From Acidobacteriota bacterium (GTDB taxonomy: Bacteria > Acidobacteriota > UBA890 > WLXD01), in the NCBI GenBank assembly GCA_963666055.2, contig CAXWPH010000002.1, forward strand, positions 288,001 to 352,000: 64,000 nt of DNA, given 5' to 3'. The number at the start of each line of letters is the position of its first letter. The stretch's first letter is position 1. Shown piece after piece: positions 10,541 through 19,812 of the stretch. The notes beneath the pieces are model-generated. The model had not been told where the DNA came from and did no database searches. It worked only from the letters and a program-made list of their open reading frames with translations. A program made the translations under genes and the position numbers.

Positions 10541-12624
10541 GCGCGCTCGATAAGCACCGTATCGATCAGTGTACCCTCGAGGATTGCCTCGACCGCGTCC
10601 ATACCCTCGATCACCTCAGCGAAGATCGTGTAGTTGAAGTCGAGGCGCACGTTATCGATCAGGTTGACGAAGATCTGCGCGTCGCCGGTATCGCGGCCCC
10701 GCGTCGAGATGCCGACGGTGCCGCGCCGATGCGAACGGTCGGTGATCTCGTCGCGCGTGTAGGGGCCGTCGCCGGCGAACTCGTTGGCGCCCGGGCTCCC
10801 CCCCTGGATAACGAAGTTGGGCACCACACGGTGAAACGTCAGCCCGTCGAAGTAGCCCTCGCGGGCCAGCCGCACGAAGCGCGCTGCGTTGGAGGGTGCG
10901 TCGAACGGGTACAGACGCAGCGCGAACTCGTCGCCGCTCTGCATGCGTACCACAGCGCGGATCTCCTCGATGTCCTCGATCTCCGCGGCGCTTGGGAAAG
11001 GGGAGGGTGGCAGCGGCTGCGGGTCGGGCGATGGCCGCCTGCCGGTCCACTGCTCGAGCACATCGGCGGCGGTGTTGGCGATGACGGGATCGAAGTCTCG
11101 CAGGTAGGCGCCGACCGCCTCGGCCTGGTCCGCAGAGCCCAGGCTGCCGATCGCCTCCAGCAGTGCACGGCGCGGATCGCGCGAGGTCTCGCGCTCGAGC
11201 GCGGTTACCCGCTGGAGCGCTGCCAGCAGCTGTTCGACTGCCTGCTCCCCGACTGCCTGCTCCCCGCCTGTTAGTGCCGCGGCCGCGGCCATCAGTAGCT
11301 GCCCGTCGTCGCTGGCGAGAGCGTTGAGGTAGAGCTCGTCGCCGCCGTGCCCCGCAGCCGCGCTGAGCCCTGGAATGGCGATCGACGCGACGTTCGCCTG
11401 CTCGTCGGCCGCCAGCAGGCGGAGCAGGTCGACCCACCCGGAAGCTGTGGCAGCATGGGCGGCGTACATTCGCATCTGCCACGTCGGGTGATGGCCGGCG
11501 GATTCAGCGTGCGGGCGGGCGAGCGCCGTGTTCATGGTTGCCAACGCCACGAGCGCGTGGGCGGGCTCATGCCAGTCGGCCTCGTTCGCCGCCTCGATGT
11601 TGCTGGCTATCCGCTCCAGGGTCGCGATGGCGCCGTCACAACCGGCGAGCGCGTCAATCGTCAGCAGCCGAACGGCGGCAACCGCGTCCCGCAGTCCGGC
11701 GAGCAGTCGCGAACAGGCGCCTCGCTCAGGCACTCTACGGCTCAGGGTTCGCAGCAGCTCGTAGCGGACGCGCCCCTCGGAATCCTGCAACGCGCGGGCG
11801 ACCAGCAACGACCCGTAGTCTCGCGTCGACCCGATGACCCCGGCTGCCAGACGGCGGACGCCGACGTGCGGGTCGCGTTGCAGCGCCAACAGCAACTCGT
11901 CGGTGAGCTCGGCACGAGCGTTGACCATCGCCGAAACCGCGAGGAATCGCACCTGCGCACGCCACGGGTCGTTGGCGTCGTCCCGTCCGAGGGCCGCGAG
12001 CTCGACCCACAGATCGAAGGTCTCGGGTGGCGCGGTCAGGTCGGGGCGCAGCCGGAACAATGCCTCCAGGCCTCGTGCGATCCCGAGCAGTTGGGCGATC
12101 CGTTCGCCCGCCTCCGGTCGCACCAGGTCGGAGGTTGCGAGCAACGCAAGCCCCTCTTGGGCAGAGCCGAGCAGCGCTGCCTCGGCTTGGCGCGCGGCTT
12201 CGTTGTCGGCGTAGCGCAGCCGGCCTATCGATGTTGCCGCGGCGCCGGCGACAGACGCGTCCGGGTCGGTCGTCATGGAGACCCGCAACGGTTCAAACCC
12301 TGCGCCTCCCGGGCCGCGGCTCAGCGCCTGGGCCACGGCGATCGTAGCGGCAGCGCGCACCGAGGCGTCCGCATCTTCCAGCAGCGGCAGAATGTCTGGC
12401 AGCAGGTCGGCGCGCTCGAGACGGCCGAGGGCGCGGACCGCGGCGCGACGCAACGAGCTTCCCTCCGCCTTGGGTCCGTCGCGGAGGGTGAGAATATCGG
12501 CCTCGGTGGAGCCGCGCCGGTCCTCCGCCTGCATCAGCTGATTGAGCGGCGAGTCCAACGGATCCTGGTGACAGAGAACGCCCTCAGCCGCGAGTGCCAG
12601 CGCCAGCAGTAACCGCATACGCAT
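10528..12624 (-). CDS. HEAT-repeat protein with C-terminal cyclophilin-type peptidyl-prolyl isomerase
   Basis: HEAT-like repeats (RRAAVRALGRL, DADASVRAAA); cyclophilin motifs YFDGLTFHRVVPNFVIQGG and GRDTGDAQIFVN. Confidence 0.9.
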   Translation of the reverse strand: MRMRLLLALALAAEGVLCHQDPLDSPLNQLMQAEDRRGSTEADILTLRDGPKAEGSSLRRAAVRALGRLERADLLPDILPLLEDADASVRAAATIAVAQALSRGPGGAGFEPLRVSMTTDPDASVAGAAATSIGRLRYADNEAARQAEAALLGSAQEGLALLATSDLVRPEAGERIAQLLGIARGLEALFRLRPDLTAPPETFDLWVELAALGRDDANDPWRAQVRFLAVSAMVNARAELTDELLLALQRDPHVGVRRLAAGVIGSTRDYGSLLVARALQDSEGRVRYELLRTLSRRVPERGACSRLLAGLRDAVAAVRLLTIDALAGCDGAIATLERIASNIEAANEADWHEPAHALVALATMNTALARPHAESAGHHPTWQMRMYAAHAATASGWVDLLRLLAADEQANVASIAIPGLSAAAGHGGDELYLNALASDDGQLLMAAAAALTGGEQAVGEQAVEQLLAALQRVTALERETSRDPRRALLEAIGSLGSADQAEAVGAYLRDFDPVIANTAADVLEQWTGRRPSPDPQPLPPSPFPSAAEIEDIEEIRAVVRMQSGDEFALRLYPFDAPSNAARFVRLAREGYFDGLTFHRVVPNFVIQGGSPGANEFAGDGPYTRDEITDRSHRRGTVGISTRGRDTGDAQIFVNLIDNVRLDFNYTIFAEVIEGMDAVEAILEGTLIDTVLIERAQYR

Positions 12625-12686
12625 GCCGGCGATTATGTGGGCCAGCGGTTCACCTGACCACCCGATTCTCGGCGCTAACCCGACAA

Positions 12687-13322
12687 CTACCCGAGCGCCG
12701 CGACAATCTCTCGCACCGCCGCATCGGGATCGTCGGCGCCGAACACCGCGCTGACGACAGCGACGCCCACCGCGCCGGCCTGCAGGCACTCGGCGACCTG
12801 GGCAGCGTCGATCCCACCGAGCGCGAGCACAGGAAGGTCAACCGCTTCGGTCAGCTCGCGCAAGGTTTCGAGCCCGCGTCCGCATCCGGGCTTGGAGCCC
12901 GGATCGAATACCGGCGCGAACACCCCGAACTCTGCGCCCGCCACCGCCGCATGCTGCGCTGCGTCGGCCGAATGCACCGACACGGCGCGCCGAAATCCCA
13001 CCGGCACCGGTTGCGGTCGAGCCGGAATGGCGCTCTCAGGCCAGTGGATTCCTCGTGCCCGAGCGCTGGCGGCGTCGATGCCGGTGCCGTTGACGAACAC
13101 GGGTACCACACAGTTGGCGAGTCGATCCAGGGCGGCCTCGAGGACGACTTTGCGCCTAGCCTCGCTGAGTTGCTTGGCGCGCAGCTGCAGGGCAGCCGGG
13201 AATCGATCGGGCAACGCCCCAACGGCCACGTCGATGAGATCCAGCCAGCGCTCGGTACCGCCGCAGTACTCGTGGTCGGCGATCAGGTACAGGCGCGGCG
13301 GTTCGCGCCCGCCTATCGCCAA
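12687..13322 (-). CDS. thiE: Thiamine-phosphate synthase / TenI family
   Basis: LQLRAK, GIHWP, SVHS, APVF..SKPG and PVLALGGI motifs; directly after thiG; start approximate. Confidence 0.8.
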   Translation of the reverse strand: MAIGGREPPRLYLIADHEYCGGTERWLDLIDVAVGALPDRFPAALQLRAKQLSEARRKVVLEAALDRLANCVVPVFVNGTGIDAASARARGIHWPESAIPARPQPVPVGFRRAVSVHSADAAQHAAVAGAEFGVFAPVFDPGSKPGCGRGLETLRELTEAVDLPVLALGGIDAAQVAECLQAGAVGVAVVSAVFGADDPDAAVREIVAALG

Positions 13323-14089
13323 GGGGTACCTTTGGCCGGTGTCGATGCTTCGGCATGGTACTTTCGCGGCATCCGACGGGCGCGAAACGCGGCGGCGCCA
13401 GCGGCGGCCGCGGCGCGCATTGCTTGGGCCATCATCACCGGGTCGCCGGCGCGGGCGACGGCGGAGTTCAGCAACACACCGTCGCAGCCGAGCTCGAGAA
13501 CGATCGTTACGTCCGAGGCGGTACCCAGGCCGGCATCGACGATTACCGGCACGCTGGCACGTTCCTTGATCAAGCTCAGGTTGTGCGGGTTGCGGACACC
13601 CAGGCCGGAGCCGATCGGCGCCGCCAGCGGCATGATCGCGGCGCATCCGATGTCCTCCAGGCGTCGTGCAAGCACCGGGTCGTCGTTCGTGTAGGGCAGC
13701 ACCACGAAGCCGTCCCGCACCAGCTCCTCAGCCGCCTGCAACAACCCCGCGGCGTCCGGAAGCAGGGTCTGGTCATCGGCGATGACCTCGAGCTTCACGA
13801 GCTCGGTGCCGATCGCTTCCCGACCAAGTTGGGCCGTCAGCACAGCGTCCTCGGCAGTGTAACAACCGGCCGTGTTCGGCAAGATATGAACGCCGGCGCG
13901 GTGCAGCAGCTCATACAACGATTCGCCCTTCGCCCCAGGACTGACCCGGCGCAGCGCCACCGTGACCATCTCGGTGCCCGAGGCGGCGACGCAGTCGAGC
14001 ATTACCTGTGTGCTCGGGTACATCGCCGATCCGAGCAGCACGCGCGAGTGTAGCTCCAGCTCGCCGATTTGCAGCGTCTCGTCGCTCAC
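13313..14089 (-). CDS. thiG: Thiazole synthase
   Basis: [24 protein letters not shown] and [13 protein letters not shown] motifs. Confidence 0.97.
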   Translation of the reverse strand: MSDETLQIGELELHSRVLLGSAMYPSTQVMLDCVAASGTEMVTVALRRVSPGAKGESLYELLHRAGVHILPNTAGCYTAEDAVLTAQLGREAIGTELVKLEVIADDQTLLPDAAGLLQAAEELVRDGFVVLPYTNDDPVLARRLEDIGCAAIMPLAAPIGSGLGVRNPHNLSLIKERASVPVIVDAGLGTASDVTIVLELGCDGVLLNSAVARAGDPVMMAQAMRAAAAAGAAAFRARRMPRKYHAEASTPAKGTPWR

Positions 14090-14090
14090 C

Positions 14091-14291
14091 TCAGCCTCCG
14101 TGGAAAGGGGCGACAATCTCGATGTCGTCGCCTTCCTGCACCTGCACGGCGCTCCATTCCTTCCGAGGGATCATGGCGCGGTTGAGCGCCACTGCGACGG
14201 CCTTGGCGTCGGCGGCGACCTCGTTGACCAGCGCGCCGATGCTCATTCCTGGGCTCAACTCCCTCTCGGCTCCGTTAACTCTGGCGCGCAA
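14091..14291 (-). CDS. thiS: Sulfur carrier protein ThiS
   Basis: 66 aa, AVALN motif, C-terminal GG, located between thiO and thiG. Confidence 0.95.
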   Translation of the reverse strand: MRARVNGAERELSPGMSIGALVNEVAADAKAVAVALNRAMIPRKEWSAVQVQEGDDIEIVAPFHGG

Positions 14292-15429
14292 CCGTATCCT
14301 CCTCGAATCCCGAAGGCGCGAAACGTCCAGGCTCCAGGCCCTTCAGCAGCTCGGGGTCGTCGCCGTCCATCAGGTCGGCCAGCAGCGCGGCGGTTGCTGG
14401 GGCCAGCAGAATGCCGTTGCGGTAGTGGCCGGTAGCCACGTACATGCCGTCCTGCTCGGTAGCGCCGATTGCCGGCAGGTGGTCGCGCAGCGCGGGGCGA
14501 AACCCCACGCATACCTCGTCCAACTCGAGCTCGTAGATTCCCGGCAAAGCGCGCCAAGCATTGTAGAGCAGATCCATTATCGGACCCGCTGTCGGGCGGG
14601 CATCGAATCCCTGCTCCTCGCTGCTGGCACCGATCACCAGCTCGCCGGAGGCGCGCGGCAAGATGTACACGTCGGGGGTGCGGATGACTCGATGTAGCAG
14701 CCGCTCGCCTCGCAGTCGGAGCACCTGGCCCTTCACTGGACGCAGCGGCAGCTTATCGCAGGCCTCGGCGGCGTCGCGTGTCCAGGCGCCGGCGGCTACG
14801 ATGACGCGATCGGCAATGATCTCCATCCGGTCGCCGGGAACCTCGACAACGGCTCTCCAGCGCCCGTTCAGCTCCAGGTCGAGCACCTTCGCCGGCCAAA
14901 CGAGCGTGCCACCGCGGGCCTCGATCGCCGCGGCTACGGCGCGCGCCAGGGCACGCGGGTCGACCTGCACGTCTTCATCGGCGGCGAACCCCCCCACGAC
15001 GCTCGGGCTTAACCTTGGCTCGCGACGCCTGATTTCTTCGGCGTCGAGCTGCTCGCAATGCAATCCCAGTCGCCCGTGCTCGGCGGCGCCGTGGCACAGC
15101 TGTTCGAGATGATCCTGATCCATTGCCACGAGCAGCGTCCCGGTGGTGTCGTAGCCGCACTGCAGGCCCGAATCCGATTCCACAGCGCCGACGAACTCGG
15201 CGTAGCGTTTCAGGCTGTCGATAGCGAGTCGAACCATTGCCGGCTGCGTCGGTTCTGCCTCGGCGGCACCCGCAAGCATGCCCGCGGCAACGTGGGTGGC
15301 TCCTGCACCGAGGCGGACGTGCTCAACAACGGCCACGCTGCGCCCACGGCGGACGTTCTCGTAGGCGCTGGCGAGCCCGATGATGCCGCCGCCGATCACC
15401 AGAATGTCAACAGTCTGCCCGGATTCCAT
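14275..15429 (-). CDS. thiO: Glycine oxidase
   Basis: GGGIIG FAD motif, AAGML, RPVKGQ, ATGHYRNGILLAP. Confidence 0.93.
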   Translation of the reverse strand: MESGQTVDILVIGGGIIGLASAYENVRRGRSVAVVEHVRLGAGATHVAAGMLAGAAEAEPTQPAMVRLAIDSLKRYAEFVGAVESDSGLQCGYDTTGTLLVAMDQDHLEQLCHGAAEHGRLGLHCEQLDAEEIRRREPRLSPSVVGGFAADEDVQVDPRALARAVAAAIEARGGTLVWPAKVLDLELNGRWRAVVEVPGDRMEIIADRVIVAAGAWTRDAAEACDKLPLRPVKGQVLRLRGERLLHRVIRTPDVYILPRASGELVIGASSEEQGFDARPTAGPIMDLLYNAWRALPGIYELELDEVCVGFRPALRDHLPAIGATEQDGMYVATGHYRNGILLAPATAALLADLMDGDDPELLKGLEPGRFAPSGFEEDTVARQS

Positions 15430-15502
15430 CGTTACCTTCGCGTCGCAACCAGACCTGTCAACGTTCCACCTCCGGTTGCCTGCGCAGCATACCTCCAGCC
15501 CA

Positions 15503-16660
15503 CTATTGGGGCGGCTGAAGCCTCGCCTGTGCTTGCTGCTGCTCGCCGTCACGGATGAAGCGCACGGCGACCACCTCCCCCGTCTGCCGTTGCTCCAGGG
15601 CCTGCAGCACGTCGCCCCAGCTGGAAATTTGGTCGCCGTCGATAGCCGTGATGATGTCACCCAGCACGATGCGGCCGTTGCGCGCCCGGCTGGTGCCCCG
15701 CAGCCCTGCCAGATCGGCGGCGCCACCTTCGGCGATGCTGCGCACTACCACGCCGTCGACGCCGAGTCGTCGCGTGTTGATCGTCAGGGGCTCGATGCCG
15801 AGGCTGGGCCGCTGCAGCTGTCCGAACCCGATGAGATCGTCGACCACCCAGCGAACCGTGTCGGCGGGAATGGCGAAGCCGACGCCAGCGTAGGCGCCCG
15901 AGGGACTGACGATCGAGGTGTTCACGCCGATGCGCCGCCCAGCGCTGTCGAGCAGCGGTCCACCGGAGTTGCCCGGGTTGATTGCCGCGTCGGTTTGAAT
16001 GACGTTGCGGATCTCGGCTCCGGTCACCTGCGAGTTGATCTCTCGACCGAGGGCGCTAATCACACCGGTGGTGAGGGTGGAATCGAGGCCGAACGGATTG
16101 CCGATGGCGTACACGCTCTGACCCACCCTGAGGTCGTCTGAGGTGCCCAACGTGATGGGTTGCAGCTGCCCGGCAGACGCCTCAATGTGCAGTACGGCGA
16201 GGTCCTTCTCGGCGGCGTAGCCGACCAGCCGCGCATCCCACTGGGACTGATCGGTCAGGGTAACGCGAGCCGTGGTGGCTCCTAGGATCACGTGCCAGTT
16301 GGTGACGATGTGGCCGCGTTGATCCCAGACGAACCCCGACCCCGTTCCCGACTCGATTCGTGTGACATCGAGCGTCCAGAGGTTGCGCCGATCGGTGAGC
16401 GACGTGATGTAGACGACCGACGGCGAGGAGCTCTCGAAAAGGTCGATGGTCGATCGCTCTGACGAGTCCAGATCGCCGCGCGGCGTCACGCTCTGAGTGA
16501 CCTCCGTCGGCTGTGCCACCGGTCGGACCGCCGGCTGAGACTCCGGTTGGGCGGTGTCTGCCGTCCAGCCGAGGCCGAGGAAGAATCCCGCCCCGAGCAC
16601 CAGTCCGAGCAGCAAAGGATAAAGGAAGAGCTGCCGCGGCCCGGCCATGTGGTCTCCCAT
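15503..16660 (-). CDS. HtrA/DegP-like trypsin serine protease with PDZ domain
   Basis: GTGSGFVWD, VTNWHV, DLAVL, IQTDAAINPGNSGGPL motifs; N-terminal TM; one PDZ. Confidence 0.95.
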   Translation of the reverse strand: MGDHMAGPRQLFLYPLLLGLVLGAGFFLGLGWTADTAQPESQPAVRPVAQPTEVTQSVTPRGDLDSSERSTIDLFESSSPSVVYITSLTDRRNLWTLDVTRIESGTGSGFVWDQRGHIVTNWHVILGATTARVTLTDQSQWDARLVGYAAEKDLAVLHIEASAGQLQPITLGTSDDLRVGQSVYAIGNPFGLDSTLTTGVISALGREINSQVTGAEIRNVIQTDAAINPGNSGGPLLDSAGRRIGVNTSIVSPSGAYAGVGFAIPADTVRWVVDDLIGFGQLQRPSLGIEPLTINTRRLGVDGVVVRSIAEGGAADLAGLRGTSRARNGRIVLGDIITAIDGDQISSWGDVLQALEQRQTGEVVAVRFIRDGEQQQAQARLQPPQ

Positions 16661-16809
16661 CAGCGATCTCTCCAGCTCGCGTCGTCCATCTCGGTTAGCG
16701 TAGACGCGTGTCTCTACAGGAGACTACTCCCCACACGGGACTCTAGTGTCCTGTAGTTAGGACACTAGTTAAGCAGACCGGGAAGCGAGCTTCCCGTACG
16801 AGGGCTGGC

Positions 16810-18009
16810 TTGGAAACAATCTCCATTCCCGCGGCGCGGCGGCTGGCGGTGGCGCGAGCCGGATTGCTGCGCCCCGAGCGTACCGGTTTGCCCACTCGTG
16901 CAGCCGGCCGAGGGCGCCGAGCACGCGCTGCGGCCGGGTCGATCGTCCGGCGCTTCGGCTACCTACAACTCGACACCGTCTGTGTGACCGGAGCGCGTAG
17001 CCATTCGCTGGTGCTGATGTCGCGGCTCGACGGTGCCTCGACGGCGCTGGGCGAGTCGCTGCTGGCGCCGGGCGAACCGCTCTTCGAGTACTGGGGCCAC
17101 GAGGCCAGTTGGATCCCCATCGAGCTGTATCGGTTCTTCGAGTTTCGCCGCCGCCACTACACCGTCCACCCTTGGTGGGGCGATCTCCTCGGTGAGCATC
17201 CGCGCGTTGCCGACGCCATCCTCGACCAGCTCGGTGACCTGGGCCCGCAGCGCGGCAGCGACTTCGAGCAGGTATCGAGCCGCGGTGGCTGGTGGCAGCT
17301 CAGCATTGCCAAGAAGGTGCTCTCGGCGCTGTGGTCACGCGGCGATGTGGCGGTCAGCCGCCGGGTGGGCTTCCAGCGCGAGTACGACCTCGCCGAGCGG
17401 ACGATCCCGGAAGCGGCACGCGCTCACCCGGCGCCGCTCGCGGAGTCGATCGAGACGCTGCTGCTGCGCGCCCTGGCAGGCCATGGATGGGCCACCACCG
17501 GCACGCTGGCGGACACTTGGCGGCTGCCGAAGATGGGCGCCGAGATCGCCGCCGCCCTGGAGCGCCTGTGCGAGCGCCGGGCGGTGGTGGCGTGTCGTCT
17601 CGAGGCCCCAGGCACCCGCAGAGCCGGCTGGATCCGACCGGTCGATCTGGAAGCCGCCGAGACGTTGCAATCGAGTCGCCCGCGCCGCGATCGCGGCCTG
17701 TTGCTGTCGCCGTTCGACCCACTGCTGTGGGACCGGGCACGCACCGAGCTGCTGTTCGGCTTCCGGCAGCTGCTCGAGATCTACAAGCCGGCGCCGCAGC
17801 GCGAGTTCGGCTACTATTGTCTGCCGGTGCTCGCCGGCGATCGGTTGATCGGCCGCATCGATCTCAAGGCCAACCGCCGCGCCGGGCGCCTCAACGTGCT
17901 GGCGGAGCACTACGAGCGTGATCCCGTCGTGACGCGCGACCGGAAGGCCGCTGAAGAGGCTCTGCAGCGACTGGCGAGAGCGCTGCAACTGGAGCCGTGG
18001 CGCCACTAG
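16810..18009 (+). CDS. YcaQ/AlkZ-like (HTH_42) DNA crosslink-repair glycosylase
   Basis: LQLD (QxD) motif, FEYWGHEAS, LLSPFDPLLWDRAR, GYYCLPVL..DRLIGRIDLKA. Confidence 0.88.
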   Translation: METISIPAARRLAVARAGLLRPERTGLPTRAAGRGRRARAAAGSIVRRFGYLQLDTVCVTGARSHSLVLMSRLDGASTALGESLLAPGEPLFEYWGHEASWIPIELYRFFEFRRRHYTVHPWWGDLLGEHPRVADAILDQLGDLGPQRGSDFEQVSSRGGWWQLSIAKKVLSALWSRGDVAVSRRVGFQREYDLAERTIPEAARAHPAPLAESIETLLLRALAGHGWATTGTLADTWRLPKMGAEIAAALERLCERRAVVACRLEAPGTRRAGWIRPVDLEAAETLQSSRPRRDRGLLLSPFDPLLWDRARTELLFGFRQLLEIYKPAPQREFGYYCLPVLAGDRLIGRIDLKANRRAGRLNVLAEHYERDPVVTRDRKAAEEALQRLARALQLEPWRH

Positions 18010-18029
18010 CATCTGTTACAGGCCACTAG

Positions 18030-18300
18030 CAGGCCGTGGTGGAAGTGTGGCGGGCCTGGCGACAGGGTCTTGCGAGGGGGAGGCAAGGAGAAAGGAGGAG
18101 GCGATGGTTACCCCATCGTTGACGAGGAACGACACAGCATATGCGCGCAACCCCCTATCGCCCGGAGGGTTACGGCGATTTGGGGCCATCTGCGGCGTTG
18201 GCCCTCCTGGACGATGGCTAGGGCATCGCCTGCGTCAGGCCGCCTTGCATCTGACCCCAACTCGCCGTAACCAGGCCCGCCACACTTCCACCACGGCCTG
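18030..18300. mobile_element. 271-bp non-coding MITE/REPIN-like element, copy 1
   Basis: Perfect 30-bp terminal inverted repeats (CAGGCCGTGGTGGAAGTGTGGCGGGCCTGG) flanked by CTAG on both sides; second copy at 33888-34158. Confidence 0.9.
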
Positions 18301-18306
18301 CTAGGG

Positions 18307-18735
18307 TCAGGGCTCGATCTTGTCGATGCGCCGCTGATGGCGGCCGCCGCCGAATTCGGTCTCCAAGAAGGCCTTCAGCACGCTGTCGGCCATCTGCTGG
18401 CCGATCATGCGTCCGCCCAGACACAGCACGTTGGCGTCGTTGTGCTCGCGCGCCATCGCCGCGGTATGGGGGTTGTCGCACACCACCGCGCGGACGAAGC
18501 CGATGCGGTTGGCGACCATGCACATGGCGATGCCGGCACCGTCGATGAGCACGGCGCGATCGGCCTTGCCATGCGCCACCGCCCGAGCCGCCGGCCGGCC
18601 CACATCGGCGTAGTCCGCGGGCTTGGTGTCGTGCACACCGTAGTCCTCGACGACGTGTCCCTGCGCCTGTAGGCGGAGCTTGACGTACTCCTTCATCTCG
18701 TAGCCGCCGTGGTCGGCGGCGATGGCGATGCGCAT
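18307..18735 (-). CDS. rpiB: Ribose-5-phosphate isomerase B
   Basis: IAADHGG, DYAD, AREHNDANVLCLGGR, FGGGRHQRR motifs. Confidence 0.95.
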   Translation of the reverse strand: MRIAIAADHGGYEMKEYVKLRLQAQGHVVEDYGVHDTKPADYADVGRPAARAVAHGKADRAVLIDGAGIAMCMVANRIGFVRAVVCDNPHTAAMAREHNDANVLCLGGRMIGQQMADSVLKAFLETEFGGGRHQRRIDKIEP

Positions 18736-18819
18736 GATGGCTCTCGACGATATGGGTGTTTTTGGGCTCGCCTAGGGTAACGCCGGCACTCGATGCGGTC
18801 GATGTAGTATGAGGCGGCG

Positions 18820-19340
18820 ATGACCGAGGGCCCCGCTTCGAAGCAGCTAGCGCGCTGGCTGGCAGCCACGCTGGCCACCCTGTTCGTGGTGCGCTTTGCC
18901 GGGCTGGGCACCGCATTTCTTCCCGGGGTCGGAGTGCTCCTGGCGCTGGCGATCGTGGTCTCTGCGGTGGCCGCCCTCAGCGGGTCCGAGGCAGCGCCGG
19001 AGTCGCGCCAACGATTGGGTGCGCGCGCACCGCTTCGAGCTCGCGTTGGTGGCTCTTGCCGTGCTGTTCATCGGTGTTCATCGGCCTGCAGGTCTCGCGG
19101 CTGCACACCGATCTCGGCAGGTCGCCGCTCGACATCGATCAGCACCGTCTCGCCAGCACGGTGCGCCAGTTCTTTCTGAGCGGCGCGGTCCCGCACGAGA
19201 CCGTCGAGGACTATCCGGGGGTTTTTTACTGGGCCATGGTGGGCGCCTATCTGGCCGCTTTTCTGCCCGCCCTGATGGCCAGTGCCACGCCTGATTTCGC
19301 CAGCCTGCCGATGCCGCATCGTCGCGGTCGCGCAGCGACG
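18820..19340 (+). pseudogene. Truncated, frameshifted membrane protein (possibly GT-C glycosyltransferase N-terminus)
   Basis: Hydrophobic reading continues across a frame change near 19000; ends at a CTAGCAGGCCACTAG scar. Confidence 0.45.
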
Positions 19341-19351
19341 CTAGCAGGCCA

Positions 19352-19810
19352 CTAGACGATCCGTGTGTCGATGCTGATGGTGCCCGACAGCGTGCGGTGC
19401 ACCGGGCATCGGTCGGCGATCTCCGCCAGTCGCCGCCGCTGCGCCTCGTCGAGGTCTCCCCGGAGCTCGACCACCTGGGTGAACACGTCGATCCTGCCGC
19501 AGTTGCGGTCCGGATCGTCGCAGTCGTCCGCATGCACCCTGTCGTGGCTCACGTCGACGACTACCCTGTGCAGCGGCCAACCCTTGCGGTCGGCATAGAG
19601 GCGAACGGTGATCGCCACACAGGCGCCGAGGCTGCCCGACAGCAGCTCGTAGGGCGTTGGGCCGCGATCTGCACCGCCATGGGACTCGGGTTCGTTGGCA
19701 GTCCACTGGTGGCGACCGTTGGTGATCGTGTGAGTGATGGGGCCCTTACCGGCGTCCGAGATCCGGACGGTACCGGCCGCCAGGGATCGTTCCGTGTCTT
19801 CCGCCGCCAT
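19352..19810 (-). CDS. OsmC-family protein
   Basis: GPTPYELL..SLGAC, IADRCPVHRTL motifs. Confidence 0.93.
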   Translation of the reverse strand: MAAEDTERSLAAGTVRISDAGKGPITHTITNGRHQWTANEPESHGGADRGPTPYELLSGSLGACVAITVRLYADRKGWPLHRVVVDVSHDRVHADDCDDPDRNCGRIDVFTQVVELRGDLDEAQRRRLAEIADRCPVHRTLSGTISIDTRIV

Positions 19811-19812
19811 GC

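Noticed and set aside
15430-15502. TPP riboswitch before thiO
   Set aside because: The gap is only about 70 bp and lacks the CTGAGA core.
18047-18304. Small ORFs within the 271-bp element (also 33773-34162)
   Set aside because: They are confined to a palindromic repeat and show no protein motif.
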